A stretch of DNA of 64,000 bases from positions 120,404,001 to 120,468,000 of the forward strand of contig NC_042997.1 in the NCBI RefSeq assembly GCF_006345805.1. The letters run 5' to 3'. This stretch comes from Octopus sinensis (lineage: Eukaryota). The position numbers and the translations under genes were made by a program. Of the stretch, positions 26,877 through 40,540 are shown piece by piece. The notes under the pieces were generated by a model. It had not been told where the DNA came from. It saw nothing but the letters and a program-made list of their open reading frames with translations, and did not search any database. The number at the start of each line of letters is the position of its first letter. The stretch's first letter is position 1.

Positions 26877-27647
26877 TTAAAAAATTTTTAATTTAAAAAT
26901 TTAAAAATTTAAAAATATAATAATTTATAAATATAAATTTTAAATTTTAATAATTTACATTTTAAATTTTATATTTTATATATATATTATATATTATTTT
27001 AATTATATATATTTTTTTGCTTTTTATGTTTTGGTTTATGCCTATCACTGTTTGATTTGCCGAATTGTTGTTTCATCTATAATTTAATTTATATTTATAC
27101 TGTGAAATTTGATTTAATCCTAAATCTAATTTTTCCCTGTAAGTTTGGATATACTCCCTAATATCCTTATTATAATTATTATATTCATAACTTACGTTTA
27201 TTGAGTGTAATATCTCAATTTCGTATGTTATGGAACTTACAGGTAAGATAGAACCGCTATTTTGGAATTCAGCTTTGAAGTATATTCCAATACCCTCTAG
27301 GAAAGAATATATTTTGAAACTTATTAATAATATTATGGATTTTGTTTCCAGGGTTAAATGGAAAACCTACCATTATAACTATTTAACTTTCTTATACTTT
27401 TTGGTTAGTTTTAAAAAAAATTAAAAGTTAAAAAATTTAAAACATTAAAAATTAAAAATTAAAAAATATAAAAATATAATTCATAAATATAAATTAAAAA
27501 AATTCAAAGTTTAATAATTTAAATGTTAAATTTCATATTTTATATATATATTGTATATTATATTAATTATATTTATTTTTTTGTTTTTTTATGTTTTGGT
27601 TTATGTCTATCACTGTTTGAGTTGCCTAATAGTGGTCTTATCTCTAA

Positions 27648-27652
<5 letters not shown>
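26873..27652 (+). mobile_element. Truncated Penelope element: two direct pLTR-like repeats flanking the ORF start
   Basis: Repeats ~26873-27075 and ~27410-27652 share tttatgttttggtttatg.ctatcactgtttga; intervening NSALKYIPIPSRKEYILKLINNIMDFVSRVKWK resembles a Penelope N-terminus; (TA)n on both sides. Confidence 0.72.
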
Positions 27653-27707
<55 letters not shown>

Positions 27708-28882
27708 TCATATATATATATTTCTATATATCAGATATATATACATGTATTGATATATATGTATGTATATATGTAAATATATATACATATATATATATAC
27801 ATGTATATCTGTGTGTATGTATGTATGTACATATGTGTGTCTATGTTTGTATATTTCAGGAAAAGTGTTAAACATTTTCCCTCTTATTGTATTTTAATAG
27901 AGTATACATTAATTTGAGAATAATAGCTAGGCAGACACCTTCAAGGTTTCTGTCGACATCGATGAAAACTTTTGATTGATATAACTGTCATTAACTTTAT
28001 GGAATTATATTATTCTACTTTGCATTTGCACGTTAAATAGAGAATAGAATATATATCTATATAGATTGATAGAGTGAAATCGGAAGCTGGTTACTTGCTG
28101 CTTACCCTGATCGGAATGACAGTCAAGTCCCTTCGCTATTGTACTTAATATAAAGGTATTTCATCGGAAGAATCATTTTCTCATATGCACGAACAACAAT
28201 GGTATGTTTGCGAGTGGAACGCATTTAATCAACGATTTCTCGAATGAGAAGATGACATGTGTCTTCACATCATAAATATTATGAAATATGAAAGGAAATG
28301 GTTGCACTGAATTCGATGTAGCAAGGTTCAACATTTAGGAAGACAAACAATAAAACATTGTTTTATATTTCTACCATATAAATAGAAAATATTTAACTTT
28401 ACAATGTAATTCGTCATGGATGTCGGACTACTCAGTGATGTGAGGTCTGCTCTGATTTCAACCGGAGGCGTTGATAGATATTTCAAAATTGCCTAATGTA
28501 TTAGCAAAAATCATTATTAATTTGATATCTTCAGAATAAAATCATATCAATCCATATACATATAAGTAAAGAAACACTATCTTATAGCGTGAAAAATTAG
28601 TTAGTGAATGCATAGATCTTTCCTAAACATGGGTTTACCAGTAACACGGTATATTCGATAGACGTAAGTTTGCCTATATCCATGGACACGTGTATGTATA
28701 TATGTATGTATATTATGTATAAAACACAATATACACAGTGACAATAGTTAACTCGTCGAAAGTTGAAGTCACTGTCAATAATAGCATTTTTTACCACTAA
28801 TAAATTTCTACTCTACAAGTTATATTGTAAACTGTCTGGTGAATGTAAAATTAAATTTATGACAAATATAAAAACAAACAGA

Positions 28883-28917
<35 letters not shown>

Positions 28918-28919
28918 GT

Positions 28920-28966
<47 letters not shown>

Positions 28967-29194
28967 TAAATAAATTTAAAAGAATTGAGGGATATGAGAT
29001 TTTTTACGCTAAGTACTTGATAAATTCTTATAAAGATATTATCGTATTTTTCAATTATATATATATATATATGTGTGTGTGTGTATATATGTATGAATAT
29101 ATATGTATATATATATATTATATATATATATATATAATCATATATATATGTATGTGTGTATATATGTATGAATATATATGTATATATATATATG

Positions 29195-29318
<124 letters not shown>

Positions 29319-29810
29319 AACTACACAAACACAGATATACATAAGCGTGCGATAGTTAATTGTCGACACTTTATATTCTTAATTTTACGTTTGTTTGTTT
29401 TTATGTTTGTCGACTACACACTATAGTTGGGTCAGTTAGACACCATGGTGACAAAAACATCATCATTTCGCAATTCATTGTGCCAGAAATTTGGAAATGA
29501 CATGCTCTGCAGCTATGCAGTCAAACAGGAAGCTCCAATAGGAACATTGAGTGTCAATCTGAAGGCAGTATATTCTGAGGACATGTACTGACAGTGATAA
29601 AAAACAAGCATCCAGTGACTTGTTCGCCACACTTACACTCGAGAAACTCGAGAGTTTACCCATGATGCACAACATATGTTTGTACAGCATCTCAAGTGAG
29701 TGGCACTGGTACACGATGGGCTGAAACGATCGTAGGGAATAACAGAGATGCATGTATTATAGTTACTATCTCTAATGTATATATATGTATATATATATAC
29801 ATATATATAT

Positions 29811-29841
<31 letters not shown>

Positions 29842-30083
29842 CATACATGCATACCTATATGTATATATATGTGCGCGTGTGTGTACAAAATGCGTTGAGA
29901 TTCCTCTTGATATTAGCTTTCTGTTGTGGAAACAGAACAAATTAACAAGCTTGTATGATATTTTCTGATCTTCATTAATCACATTATTTACATTTGAAGG
30001 ATATTTGTCCTCATTTCGTTTGTTGTGAAGACAAAGCTACGGTTGATATACACTCCAGCCTTCATCAGGTTTCTGGAAAGCAG

Positions 30084-30688
30084 CATAAGGAATGGCTTAG
30101 CCCCGGTAAACAAGCGACACCGCTCGTGAAACTAGATTTTCATCCGAGTAAAACGATGTTGTGTGTATGGTGGGACTGGGAAATGATTATCTATTACGAA
30201 TTGCTTGAACGGAACCAAACGGTCAACGCGGAACTCTATGTTCAACAGATGGAACGACTCAACACAGCTATTCAAGATAAAAGACCTAATCGACAGCATA
30301 TATTCTGCTGTACAACAAAGCCCGCCCTCATGTCGCCAATATCACCAAGGAAGCCATTCAAATGCATGGCTGGGAAGTGCTACCACACTCGCCGTACTCT
30401 CCTGATTTGGCCCCAACGGATTTTGACCTCTTTCGATCTCTTTCAAATGCCATGCACGGAGTTTCGTTCAATACTGATGCGGAACTGAGAGCTTGGCTTG
30501 ATCAATATTTCGAGTCGAAATCGGGTGATTTCTACCAAGGAGGTTTTGAAAATCTTGTTGAACGTTGGGAAGAATTTGTAAGCAACAAGGGTGAATACAT
30601 TATTGATTAATTACTTGATATTTTTTATTAAAACATTTTAAAACATTTAAATTTAAAAAAAACGGCGAAAACGTAGTTGCCAAGCCAA
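30084..30688 (+). mobile_element. Mariner 3' half (mellifera-subfamily-like), frameshifted, with 3' TIR
   Basis: KTMLCVWWDWEMIIYYELL..NQTVN..YVQQ; WEVLPHSPYSPDLAPTDF; TIR ..gtagttgccaagccaa followed by TA. Confidence 0.92.
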
Positions 30689-32399
30689 TATATTGATACA
30701 CGCATCCTTAAGGTGAGTTTGACATACATGTATATATAAATCTCTAAGTGAGAACGATGGAAGGGGACAGGGAACAAAACGAGTCACATGCTGCTTCAAG
30801 TCTTTTGTATAGAAAGATGTTTTAATGTAAAAAGTTTTGACTTTTGCATTGATGTGGCATAGAAAAGTATTATATTTAACTGACTCGTATACGGATTCTC
30901 TAATTTTACCCCTACAACATTTTATGTAATTTTTCCAGTCTTAGTAATGGATTTCTCTTCCTATAAGAACGGTGTTATCTATTCCGAAATTGTTTCACTT
31001 CGGTTTTTTGAGGGGTTACTGTAGATGATAATTGTGCTGGTGTCGTTGTTCTTGTAATTATCGATCTAAATCCAGTGCAATGATGAGGCGGGCCTCTCGA
31101 AGGCTTGTAACTCTGTTTTGATCCATATCCATACGCGTATTGAAAGTGAAGAGAGCGGGAATGAGAGTGTGTATGTGTGTGAGAGAGAAAGAGTGGGCGT
31201 TTCATCCGTTGAAGAAAACATAAGATATTCAAAACATCTGTTTTATTGAATAGAAAGACTATTAAATGAAAATAACAATCAATGTAAGATATTTATTGTA
31301 ATTGCAACATTGAAATGAAATTTATTGTTTGTAAGGTATGTAAGCTTTAAATGACTACCACAGCAAATTGCCTTTCAGAGATGTATTTACATTGAGTATG
31401 ATACAGAGAAGGCTATTTCAATTAATGCCGTTTCTATTGCGCTTAACTGATTTTTTATTCAGTCGAGCGGTTTTTCGCAATATTAAGGAATGTTTATATT
31501 TACTGTTTCCTATATATTTGCAGTAATAAATCTCGTCAAACCATGTCACTGACTGTGAGTATATTGATAAGGCCAAACGAAGCTTAAATGTATCCGGCAT
31601 TCTCGCTAAACGCTACAGGAATAATGTTCATTTCCCCCTTCTGTATATTGTTTAAAAGCACAACCCGCCCATAAGATATGTCATCCCAAGACGAATAAGT
31701 ATTAAGTAGACCTTCATCGATCTATTTACTTTAAGAATGGCATATTGTACAATCTTAGCCTTTTTCGTTAATTTCTTAATAACACATAGCATAGTCTATT
31801 CCGAAGTGTCTAATATGTTCGCAACGTTTCTGGAAGCTTACCCCTGGCAAAATTCTATTCCGTATGTTCAAAAAGTGTTAAATTTGAGTTTGTAAAAGTT
31901 TTTATACATTTCACTTCCTTTCCGTCATAAATTTTATATTTCTGTTCTGGATTCATTTCGTGTTTTTGCTTTATTAACTATATTGAACTTTAAACGTACA
32001 GTAATTTCGTTGTTTTGCCTGAGATAATTATCAGTATATGTATATCAGTTTGTAAAGAACGGAAGGCAAACACCAGTTACTTTTAATATCAATATAGAAG
32101 TATACGTTGATAATTTGACAGCAGAATATACGCCATGACAATATTTTCTCGTAAAATGTAGTTCAATTATGATTAGAATGTTCAACATACTTTTTTTCGG
32201 ACTTCCGTTTTGTGGTTGCTTTTCGTTAATTTTGAGATGCTGATTTTAAATGTGGTATATATTATTCTCTAACATGTCAGGTTTTCATTCTTTAGCATAT
32301 CACTATTTTATGATGTACTGTAGAAATAATTTACTTGGTCAGGCTAGTTTACTATGTCTTATAGCTTGAAACCATAAATTATAATGTCAATAGAATATG

Positions 32400-35300
32400 A
32401 AATGATATATGAAGTGAAAGATAGCATCACCTTTTACTTAATACATACTGTTAACTCTAATATGATGGATAAAACACAATCATATACATACCTTAATATT
32501 CACTTGCGAGAGCATCGTGTGTTTCATGTATACAGAATCTCTTTGAATACTCCAGCATGTATGTTCCATCGACCTTGATATATCTCCTCCATAATTTTGA
32601 TTGCTTGAAAATGTTCATGTCACCGAAATTAGCAGGAACTTCATCGAGATCGTTATTGAGGAAATGAAGCTTTATGCTCATGTTGCAGCCTAAAAGATGA
32701 AAGCTTTAGAGTAATGTCTCCACCAAATCCTTGTCGTTTGTAGCCTTTTCACTCTCGCCAAATCCTTTGACAACAGCCACAACTGAATACCGTACTCTTT
32801 TTCCTACGTCAGTCATCGAGTCCGAAAAATTCGAGCATTTCATTAATTTTCTGATCTGTGGCCCATCAGAAACACTAGCAGTTATTTTACCATACCTTAG
32901 GCCGGGTAATGTAGAATTTGAAGCAGTTACCCTCCAGATTAAGAGCTTTGAAAAATTGTTATATTACTCCTAGTTTAATATGAAGGGGTGGGAAGATGAT
33001 TCTCTCTCGCTCAAAAACTAGTTGCTGTATGATATTCTTCTCCCCGACAGTCAAATATTTCCTAAATGGCCAGTGTTTTTGTTCCCAATATTTGTTTCTC
33101 GCCTTGCTATCCCATAACACAGGAAACACAAGTAGTTTGTATATCCTTCTTGTTGACCAAGTAAAAGTTGACCGTTTTTACATCCACACATATAACCCAT
33201 TTGTGTTCATCGAACTTGAGTAAATCCAATTTAAAATTTATGTAATCATAATCTCTCTATATATAAACGGCAGTTTGTCTGTCTGTGTGTCTGTGTGTCT
33301 GTGTGTCTGTCAGGTTGTACCCTCACCCTGACCACAGCTTTCAACCGATTCTGATGAAACTTGACACACGCATAGCCCAATGTCATAATTCAAAATCAAC
33401 GTAGCGAAAAGTTTGAAAAGTACCCCCAGTTCTGGAAAAATTTCATAAATTCGACATGGGGTTGAGAATCTAAGTTTTGTATATGCAACACATTTTCTGT
33501 TGCAGTTTTCGCAACTTGCAATCGATTTTCACCAAACTCATGGTGAAGCTTAATGTTACCCTAAGAAACTTAATTCTGACGTTAGTTTTCCATGCAATAC
33601 CTTACCATAAGAAAAAATCCATAAAAATCATGCCATTTCGCATTCAAATTCAAGATGACATATTTTCGACAATATCTTTCACAAATTGGCAGGAATGTTT
33701 TTTTAATTCACAGCGAGCATCATGTCTGCTCCAATAAGCTATATGGCCCTTTTCATTCCAATAGGATACTTTATTACTGGAAAAAATCGGTTAATTAAAT
33801 CATATGTAGCACACATAGCAAACCGATTTGTATATTAAACACAAACCACAGACTGTCTAGGGAACGCAACTCGACATTTTTAACTTTCGGAACACGTGGG
33901 GTAAGTATCCCGAAATGTATAGAAATGTACAAAAACGGCAAAAATGCGGGCAGCAATGTCAGTGACAACAATGAAAAAGTCAAAAGTGAACAAACGAATG
34001 GAAAAGGTTTTTTGGTGCACACGACAAAAGCGGTTTATAATAAACCAAGAGTTTGTAAGTAGCGTCCGAGGACCCTTAGGGTACGTCAAAAATTTTAGGT
34101 AAAACGTTTTGAGTGGTAGTTATAAAGAAAGTTTAAACAAAAAAAGTATTCGAATAACTTGCGGCTGCAGCAGCTATTAGCAGAAGTGGCGGTGTTGGGG
34201 GTAAAGTCTCGAATGTAATTTCTTCCTGGTAGGAATTGGTTGGGTTGAATTATCGATAGCTGTTTGATAGTTATTTGGGGAGTGAAGAGAAGACATTGCA
34301 ACCTACACATGCGCCTTCGTTCACTAGAGGGAAAGGACTAGATTGGGATTAGTCATTGCCTACTAGGGGCTCATACATACCCGGGCAACGCCGGGCTATG
34401 CTGCTAGTTCTATATTAAGTGCAGCAAATGACCAATATGAAGCGCACCAAACCAATTGCAGTTAACAGTTTCGCCACGTTGCAACAGAAAGCAAAATATT
34501 TTCCAGTTGTAGAGAATGCCTGAAGATCTTTGCTCTGTTTGAAAAACAAAAGTCACCTTTGTTTCTTTCCGCAACAAATTCTTCTCTTTAAGCTTTAAAT
34601 TTCTGGTAAGTGTTTTGACATTCTTTGGTCTCTAGGTTTCTAATTAAATCATTTAGTTCTGTCTGGTTGAAGTTTTCATGTTCTTTGGTTGATGTTTCTA
34701 TAAACTGTGTATCATTGTCACGTTCATCATTTACATCTACTTCACAAAAATCAATTTCATCATGCAGTGAGGGTAGATCCTTCAAAAACAGGTGTTGGTA
34801 TTTTACCTCAGTGAAGCACTGGAAGAATTACTGAATCAAAATTTAGGTAACTTATTTTCTATTGAATTCTCTTGTTATAAATTTTCGACACACGGTTCAT
34901 ATACCTCGTAAGGAGCCCATGATTTATACTGAACACCAATTTAATCTTAAAGTAAGACAAGTATTATCGTTTCACAGCATCACTAATGTTAATATTTTTT
35001 GACTTGGTACTGTAATACATTCATATATATATAACAAAAATAGTCAATGGTATTGGAAACATTTCCTTCGCAATGACGCCATTCTACTGAACCCCTGCAT
35101 TTCATGAAATGAATGTGAAAAGTGAAAATATAAAACATATATGTCGAGGTTTGCGTAAATAGGTGTCTAAATACATAGATAAAATAAATATTCAACAGAA
35201 ATGTTTAACAATGCTATCTTTTGCACATTTCTTGATAGTAAGAAGAAATAAACAACGCAGATTAAGACGACCTAAGATTCGAGAATACAGTTCTTAGGAA

Positions 35301-35550
35301 ACACACTTCTACACAGTTACATATACTAGGCCGAGAGAACGTCATAACCCAACTCTAAAATACCCTACGAAAAAAACATCAATAAGCCTTTGAAACATGG
35401 GGCTACGGGTGGGGCCAATATAGAAAATATAGAAAATAAGCTAAAAAAGAAAAGACTATACCCATTTTAAAATTTAGTACCCCTGAATTACCCGAAAACT
35501 GGCCTCAAAATTAGGTCAACAGAAAAAAAGTTAGAAATTGTTAGTCGGAC
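32400..35550 (-). mobile_element. Degenerate Chapaev3-like DNA transposon, split by a Helitron (33252-34407)
   Basis: Motifs in order from ATG 35082: MASLRRKC..FCYIY, YFKIKL..KSWAP, FNQTELNDLIR, HIGH..LLKFDEHKWVICVDVK, LLGQQEGYTNYLCFLC.WDSKAR, GPQIRKLMK, LGCNMSIKLHFL; outer ends approximate; family assignment from recalled motifs. Confidence 0.75.
33252..34407 (+). mobile_element. Non-autonomous Helitron (1156 bp)
   Basis: 5' TC start, (GTCT/GTGT) microsatellite, 3' hairpin cccggg-caacg-ccggg then CTAG; inserted at A|T with no TSD. Confidence 0.9.
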
Positions 35551-36559
35551 CAACATCACTCTATATTTTAGGTGTCATAGTTTCCTAAACATCTACGTAC
35601 AAATCAAGAAGATTAACTCTAGCTTACTCCTAATTATATGTACACTCATACTGAACTGATAGCGAACAAAATTCAAACATATTTCTGAAAACTATATGGA
35701 AGGCTTAGTTAAGAAATGTACCAACGACATGAATGGGGAGCGAAGAATATATTTTCTTTTATTCCCTGCGTGAATTCCTCATGTTACGCACAAAAAGATA
35801 GATTCCAGGAGAATAAAATTACTAAACGCTTCGAAATATTCTAAAATTATGCTGCCAGAAAAGGCCTTTAATATTATGACATTCCAAATTCTACATTTGC
35901 TCATATGCACATGTACGAGTAATATGCCATGTATATCTTATCAAATGAACACATACATAAATACAAGTGAGATTAATTGAGAGTGATGCGTTTCGAAAGA
36001 GGGCAAAAAATATATTTTATAAAATATGAAGTACGTGTCGAACGCATAGGTAATTAGCTGTTTGTTTCCTGAGCCATGACATTTCTCTTTTTACTCTTTT
36101 TGAAAATACCAGTTACCAAGATATGTTTGTGTTAACCCTGTTTCCTCTTTGGAGTTGAGGCCCAGGTCTAGCTCATATATGACTTGGTACGCTACTGACA
36201 TACGTGCAGCAGGCATGTGTCTCTGTTTTATCAGCGTTTTGCGTATCGGAAGCAATATATTTCTTGCTTCATATGATGATAGAAATAGTGCTGTTAAATT
36301 TACGAATGATTTCAGGTTGATTTTGTGACGTGATATATATGACGAATGAATTTGAAAGTATGTAAATGGCTGCCGTTTCAAAGTATAGATTCGCACCAGA
36401 AAGTTGCCACAAAGAGATATTTCCGATTAGGTTTGTAATATCATCATTCCCATTATTATGTCACTTGTTACAAATTGATACAACAATAGCAAAGACTACC
36501 TGACAGGAGGTGCCTTAATTTTACTGTATTTAGTAGGAAGCAGCCACAACCAATCTTTT

Positions 36560-36740
36560 CCCCATCCCATGCCTTGATCCAATCTGAACGTGACTGATGC
36601 AATGTGAAAGAACGTCAACAATAGAAGTTTGTTACTCGTTTTCTAGTGAAATGACTAGAGCAGCGTGAAATAAACGAAATGCACAATGCTACAATGCAGC
36701 ACCTGGTCCAGCATTGAAGCCAATAACCATAAGATCGTAA
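36560..36740 (-). mobile_element. Decayed SINE (family of 44391 and 53227)
   Basis: actagagcagcgtgaaataaacg..gcacaatgctacaatgcagcacctgg resembles 53440-53480. Confidence 0.45.
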
Positions 36741-37424
36741 ACACAAAATGCTACCCTATAGGACTAGAATATACTTTGAACATATATTCAATACATCCGA
36801 AGATAAGACCCGCCTCTCAGATTGAAGGCTGTTCGTGATAAACGTAAATCACGATGTAATTGGAGAGAGATAATACTACTCATTGAAAGAGCAGTAATTA
36901 AATCTGACAGCTGGTTTCATTTCAAATCGATATATATATAAGTTGGAAAGGAAGGAATTGTACACGAGGAAGAAATGAAATTTCTCCAATATATTTCTTT
37001 ATCAATCTTACTGCAACATGAGAAATATTCAATTAATGACAAATATTTAGTTTCACTTCGAAAGATTTCACTTGGACTTAATATGCTTAAAATTAATTAT
37101 ACTGAAATTGCGATATACATTGTAATTAAATCATAAATTTATGTCCTACGCATTTACTGTAAAATAATATGAAATTTCATTGATATTTGACCGGCATTAA
37201 TGGTTGACACTCTTAGCATATTTCTCTGGCTTTCAATATGTTCCTTCATCATGTGTACCCAGTATAAACATTGTGAATATTATTGGATGAAGTTATTTTC
37301 ATATCTATAGATATATTAATATTTATTGGATTCTTCATCACAGGTAAATATATTTTAATTTCCTTTGTCAGTTCCTCGTCCTCCTCTCTTCTCTTTGCTA
37401 CTATTACAGCTACTACAAATACTA

Positions 37425-37463
37425 CTACTAGTAATAGTAGCAGTTGTAATAGTAGCAGCAGCG

Positions 37464-37511
<48 letters not shown>

Positions 37512-37515
37512 ATAG
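37425..37515. repeat. (AGT)n/(AGC)n microsatellite
   Basis: Direct reading. Confidence 0.95.
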
Positions 37516-37619
37516 ATGCTCTTGTAATAACATCAGTAATAGCAACACTCCTATAATACATTGAAATATCATTGTATACAATATTTGTTAAAAGGTGTTT
37601 TATCCTGAGAGCTGGTGGC

Positions 37620-37850
37620 AACATTTTCTGTAAATCTCTAGAATGTTAAGAATTTTGCAGTGTACACGATTTCACTTTTCTGCATGTCGAGATCAAGAAT
37701 GTCTTTGTTTCTTAGGTAGAAGTTTAGATGTTTTGCTAAATGCACCAAATACCAAAGAAATAATTGTCGTCTTAAGCTTCAATACTTTGTTCATCCCACC
37801 TGCTACGTTCTGATGTTTTTTAATTTTTTGAAATTTCTTTGGTACCCACT
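37620..37850 (-). mobile_element. Old Dong/R4 RLE C-terminal fragment
   Basis: MNKVLKLKTTIISLVFGAFSKTSK...DMQKSEIVYTAKFL corresponds to ..LKT..PIV.GALG...IQK...TA.IL. Confidence 0.55.
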
Positions 37851-37934
37851 CTGTTATCATATATTAATGTGAGCTGGTTCCGTTTTCGTAAGGCATGGAA
37901 TTTTAAATGACAAGTCTGTTTACTAAAATATGTT

Positions 37935-40540
37935 GGTGCAGGAGTGGCTGTGTGGTAAGCAGCTTGCTTACCAAGCGCCTCAATTCCGCTTCCGTTTTGT
38001 GAATTGCTTCCGTTTTCGTGTTTGCTGTACTGCAATTCAATCATGTCAGTTCGTTCGTTGGATTACCGTTTGTGAAGTGTCTTCATTGTTGGATTGAACA
38101 CTTGTTGGGCTGTTTTACGTTTGTGACGCTTCCCGGTGCGGGAAGGTAAGGGATATTTTTGTAAAAAGTACTCTGAACATTTTACTTTCGTTGTTGGAAA
38201 AATTGAACTTTATCAAGACGTCATAGGCTGTTTTATTGAGCCCCGACCCTAAGTGTGTGTGTGCGTGGTAAATTGGAACTACTGTCCTCTTTTAGAGAAG
38301 ATTTATTGTAGGTTTCCGCTTGTAAAAAGTGGAAACATATTGTGTTTTTGAACCATTGAACATGTTTTTGCAGTTTAATCGTTACACCCCGCCTCTGACC
38401 TGGCCCCTACCTTTCGCGATTGGATTGCTGATTTGTACAGCGACATCGAGTATGTAGTCAAAGTGAATGGGTTCTTCTCAAAACCATTCAGACTCGAACG
38501 CTCAGTGCGTCAGAAATGCCCCCTGTCTCCACTTTTGTATGTGCTGGTTCTTGAACCATTGCTGCGGAGGTTGGAAGCACTAGTGTGCGTGCCGATTGAT
38601 CTGTGGTGCGGATGTGGAGCTAGGGCGTATGCGGATGACATCTCCATCACTGTGGAGGATGAGGGTCAGCTTCCTGTAGTAGAAGAAGCCATCAAATTTT
38701 ACAAGGTGGCGGCAGGATCAAAGGTTAACAAGGACAAGTCGGTCGCTTTTCAACTCCACATTTGGGGCAGCAAGCTGATGACGTCCAATAACGTCGGGGG
38801 TGTTGGATGGAAGGTCCTATTAATTTGTTTGGCCTATAGTTAGGCCCAGACATCCAGACAGAGAAAAATTGGAGTGAATTGACCAGTAAAGTGACTGCTC
38901 TAACTCAGACCTGGTCTGGGCGGTCGTTTTCCTTGCTAGGGACGACGGAGGTGTTGCAGATGTTTGTAGCATCAGTTATCACCTACCGTCTGACCGTGGT
39001 GCCTTGCCCCGATTTGTGGTTGAACAAGCTGAAGAGAATCCTTTTCCACTTTTTGTGGAAGTGGGGAAAGCCTCTTGTGAAGCGATCTGCCTGCTGCCAG
39101 AAACTACTAATGGGTGGGCTAGCAATGCTTTGCCTGAAGATGCAAAAATTCGCGTTAAGGTTGAGGCACCTCTGGCTTTACCTAGATGAGTATCAAAAGT
39201 GGTCACTGCACATCCGGTTCTACCTTCCGAGGTTAACGTCCTTAACGGACATTAGTACATAGATCAAGCAGAGACCTAAGCTGGGGTATTGGATATTGGA
39301 GTGCTGTCAGGCAATTCAGCTACGCTATCGGGCGCGCAATGCCGGAAACAGGAGTTCCACCGCGGATTTTTATAGCGGGTTAGTGGGATTTATGTCCGAA
39401 GACGCCTTGGGAGAAACGCTGGGCTACGACGAAAATCAGTTGATGAACCTGTTCAGGAGAACGTTCAGGACGGGGTATCTGGATAATTAACAGAAAGCCC
39501 TGGCTTGGCTGTTACCCGTTCGTGATAAACATCAAGGCACGGAGGTGCCGTCTCGCCGACATATTCGAGGTGCGGACAGGCAAGGAAACCGTGTTGCACG
39601 CATTTGTGGAGTACCCGGAATAAACATGGCTGATAGTTTTCACAGAACTGTGGTCATCGATGGGAAGAGTACAGCTATCAGCTGAGTCCATCATCGAGAT
39701 TGTGCCGCCTCCTTCCCTTAGCGGTGAGAGGGAGGCCTGTATTTTCTGTGTTGTTACCATATCAAACGAAACAGTATGGAAGTCACGTGGGAAAGGAATA
39801 GTGGCGGGTACCTTTGTATCTGGCCAGTGGTTGTTTAACGTTTTTAGTTACCACTTCAGTAGGAAGATCAGGTTAGAAAAGAGGTACCTGTCGCAAGAGA
39901 GATTCGAAAAAAGATGGAATCTGGTGGTAAGAAAGCTGGGAGTGATTGGCATGAAGTAAGTGGAGCCTCGGAAAGAAAGCAAGGGTTCTACTCTGGTGGT
40001 TGGATGCCTTTCCATCAGGTAACACATTGCATATGGCAATGTAATTTCACCAAATTTTTTTTTTAAATTGCATTATATTTTAATCGAGATTTTAAACATA
40101 TTTCATCATTCAAACTGTTAAAGCTACTTTACCATTTTTATGTTTGTCCTTGTTTGTCCCATCGTGGTAATGCCGTATGTAAAATATTTCATGAAATACA
40201 GTAGCCTGCTTACCAACCACACGGTTCCGGGTTCAGTCCCACTGCGTGGTACTTTGGACAAGTGTCTTCTACTATAACTTCGGGCTGACCAAAGCCTTGT
40301 GAGTGGATTTGGTAGATGGAAACTGAAAGAAGCCCATCGTATATATATATGTATGTGTGTATATGTTTCTGTGTCTGTGTTTGCACCCACCCCCCAACAA
40401 CACTTGACAACCGGTTCGACAAAAAACCCGATAGATTACGTACTAGGCTTCCAAAGAGTAAGTCCTGGGGTCAATTTGATCAACTAAAGGTGGTGCTCCA
40501 GCATGGCCGCAGTGAAATGACTGAAACAAGTAAAAGTGTA
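37935..40540 (+). mobile_element. tRNA-derived SINE interrupted by a LINE: head 37935-37974, body 40200-40540
   Basis: Head ggtgcaggagtggctgtgtggtaagcagcttgcttaccaa resumes as ccacacggttccgggttcagtcccactg; an uninterrupted family copy is at 61615-61873 (-). Confidence 0.85.
37975..40199 (+). mobile_element. L1/Tx1-clade LINE, internally deleted and degenerate
   Basis: VKVNGFFSKPFRLERSVRQKCPLSPLLYVLVLEPLL, AYADDISI, AGSKVNKDKS, RCGQARETVLHAFVEYP knuckle; flanked by an imperfect 17-bp direct repeat. Confidence 0.88.

Noticed and set aside
28100-28495. Several short exon-like pieces on both strands
   Set aside because: Mutually incompatible and short; expected by chance in AT-rich DNA
29475-29753. 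92-aa minus-strand ORF with VANKSLDAC resembling VAHPSLDVC at 23.3 kb
   Set aside because: Similarity limited to a few residues; several conflicting splice interpretations on both strands
31524-31554. 31-nt microexon-like segment (ttgcag | ... | gtgagt)
   Set aside because: Good splice signals but too short to distinguish from chance, and no partner exons
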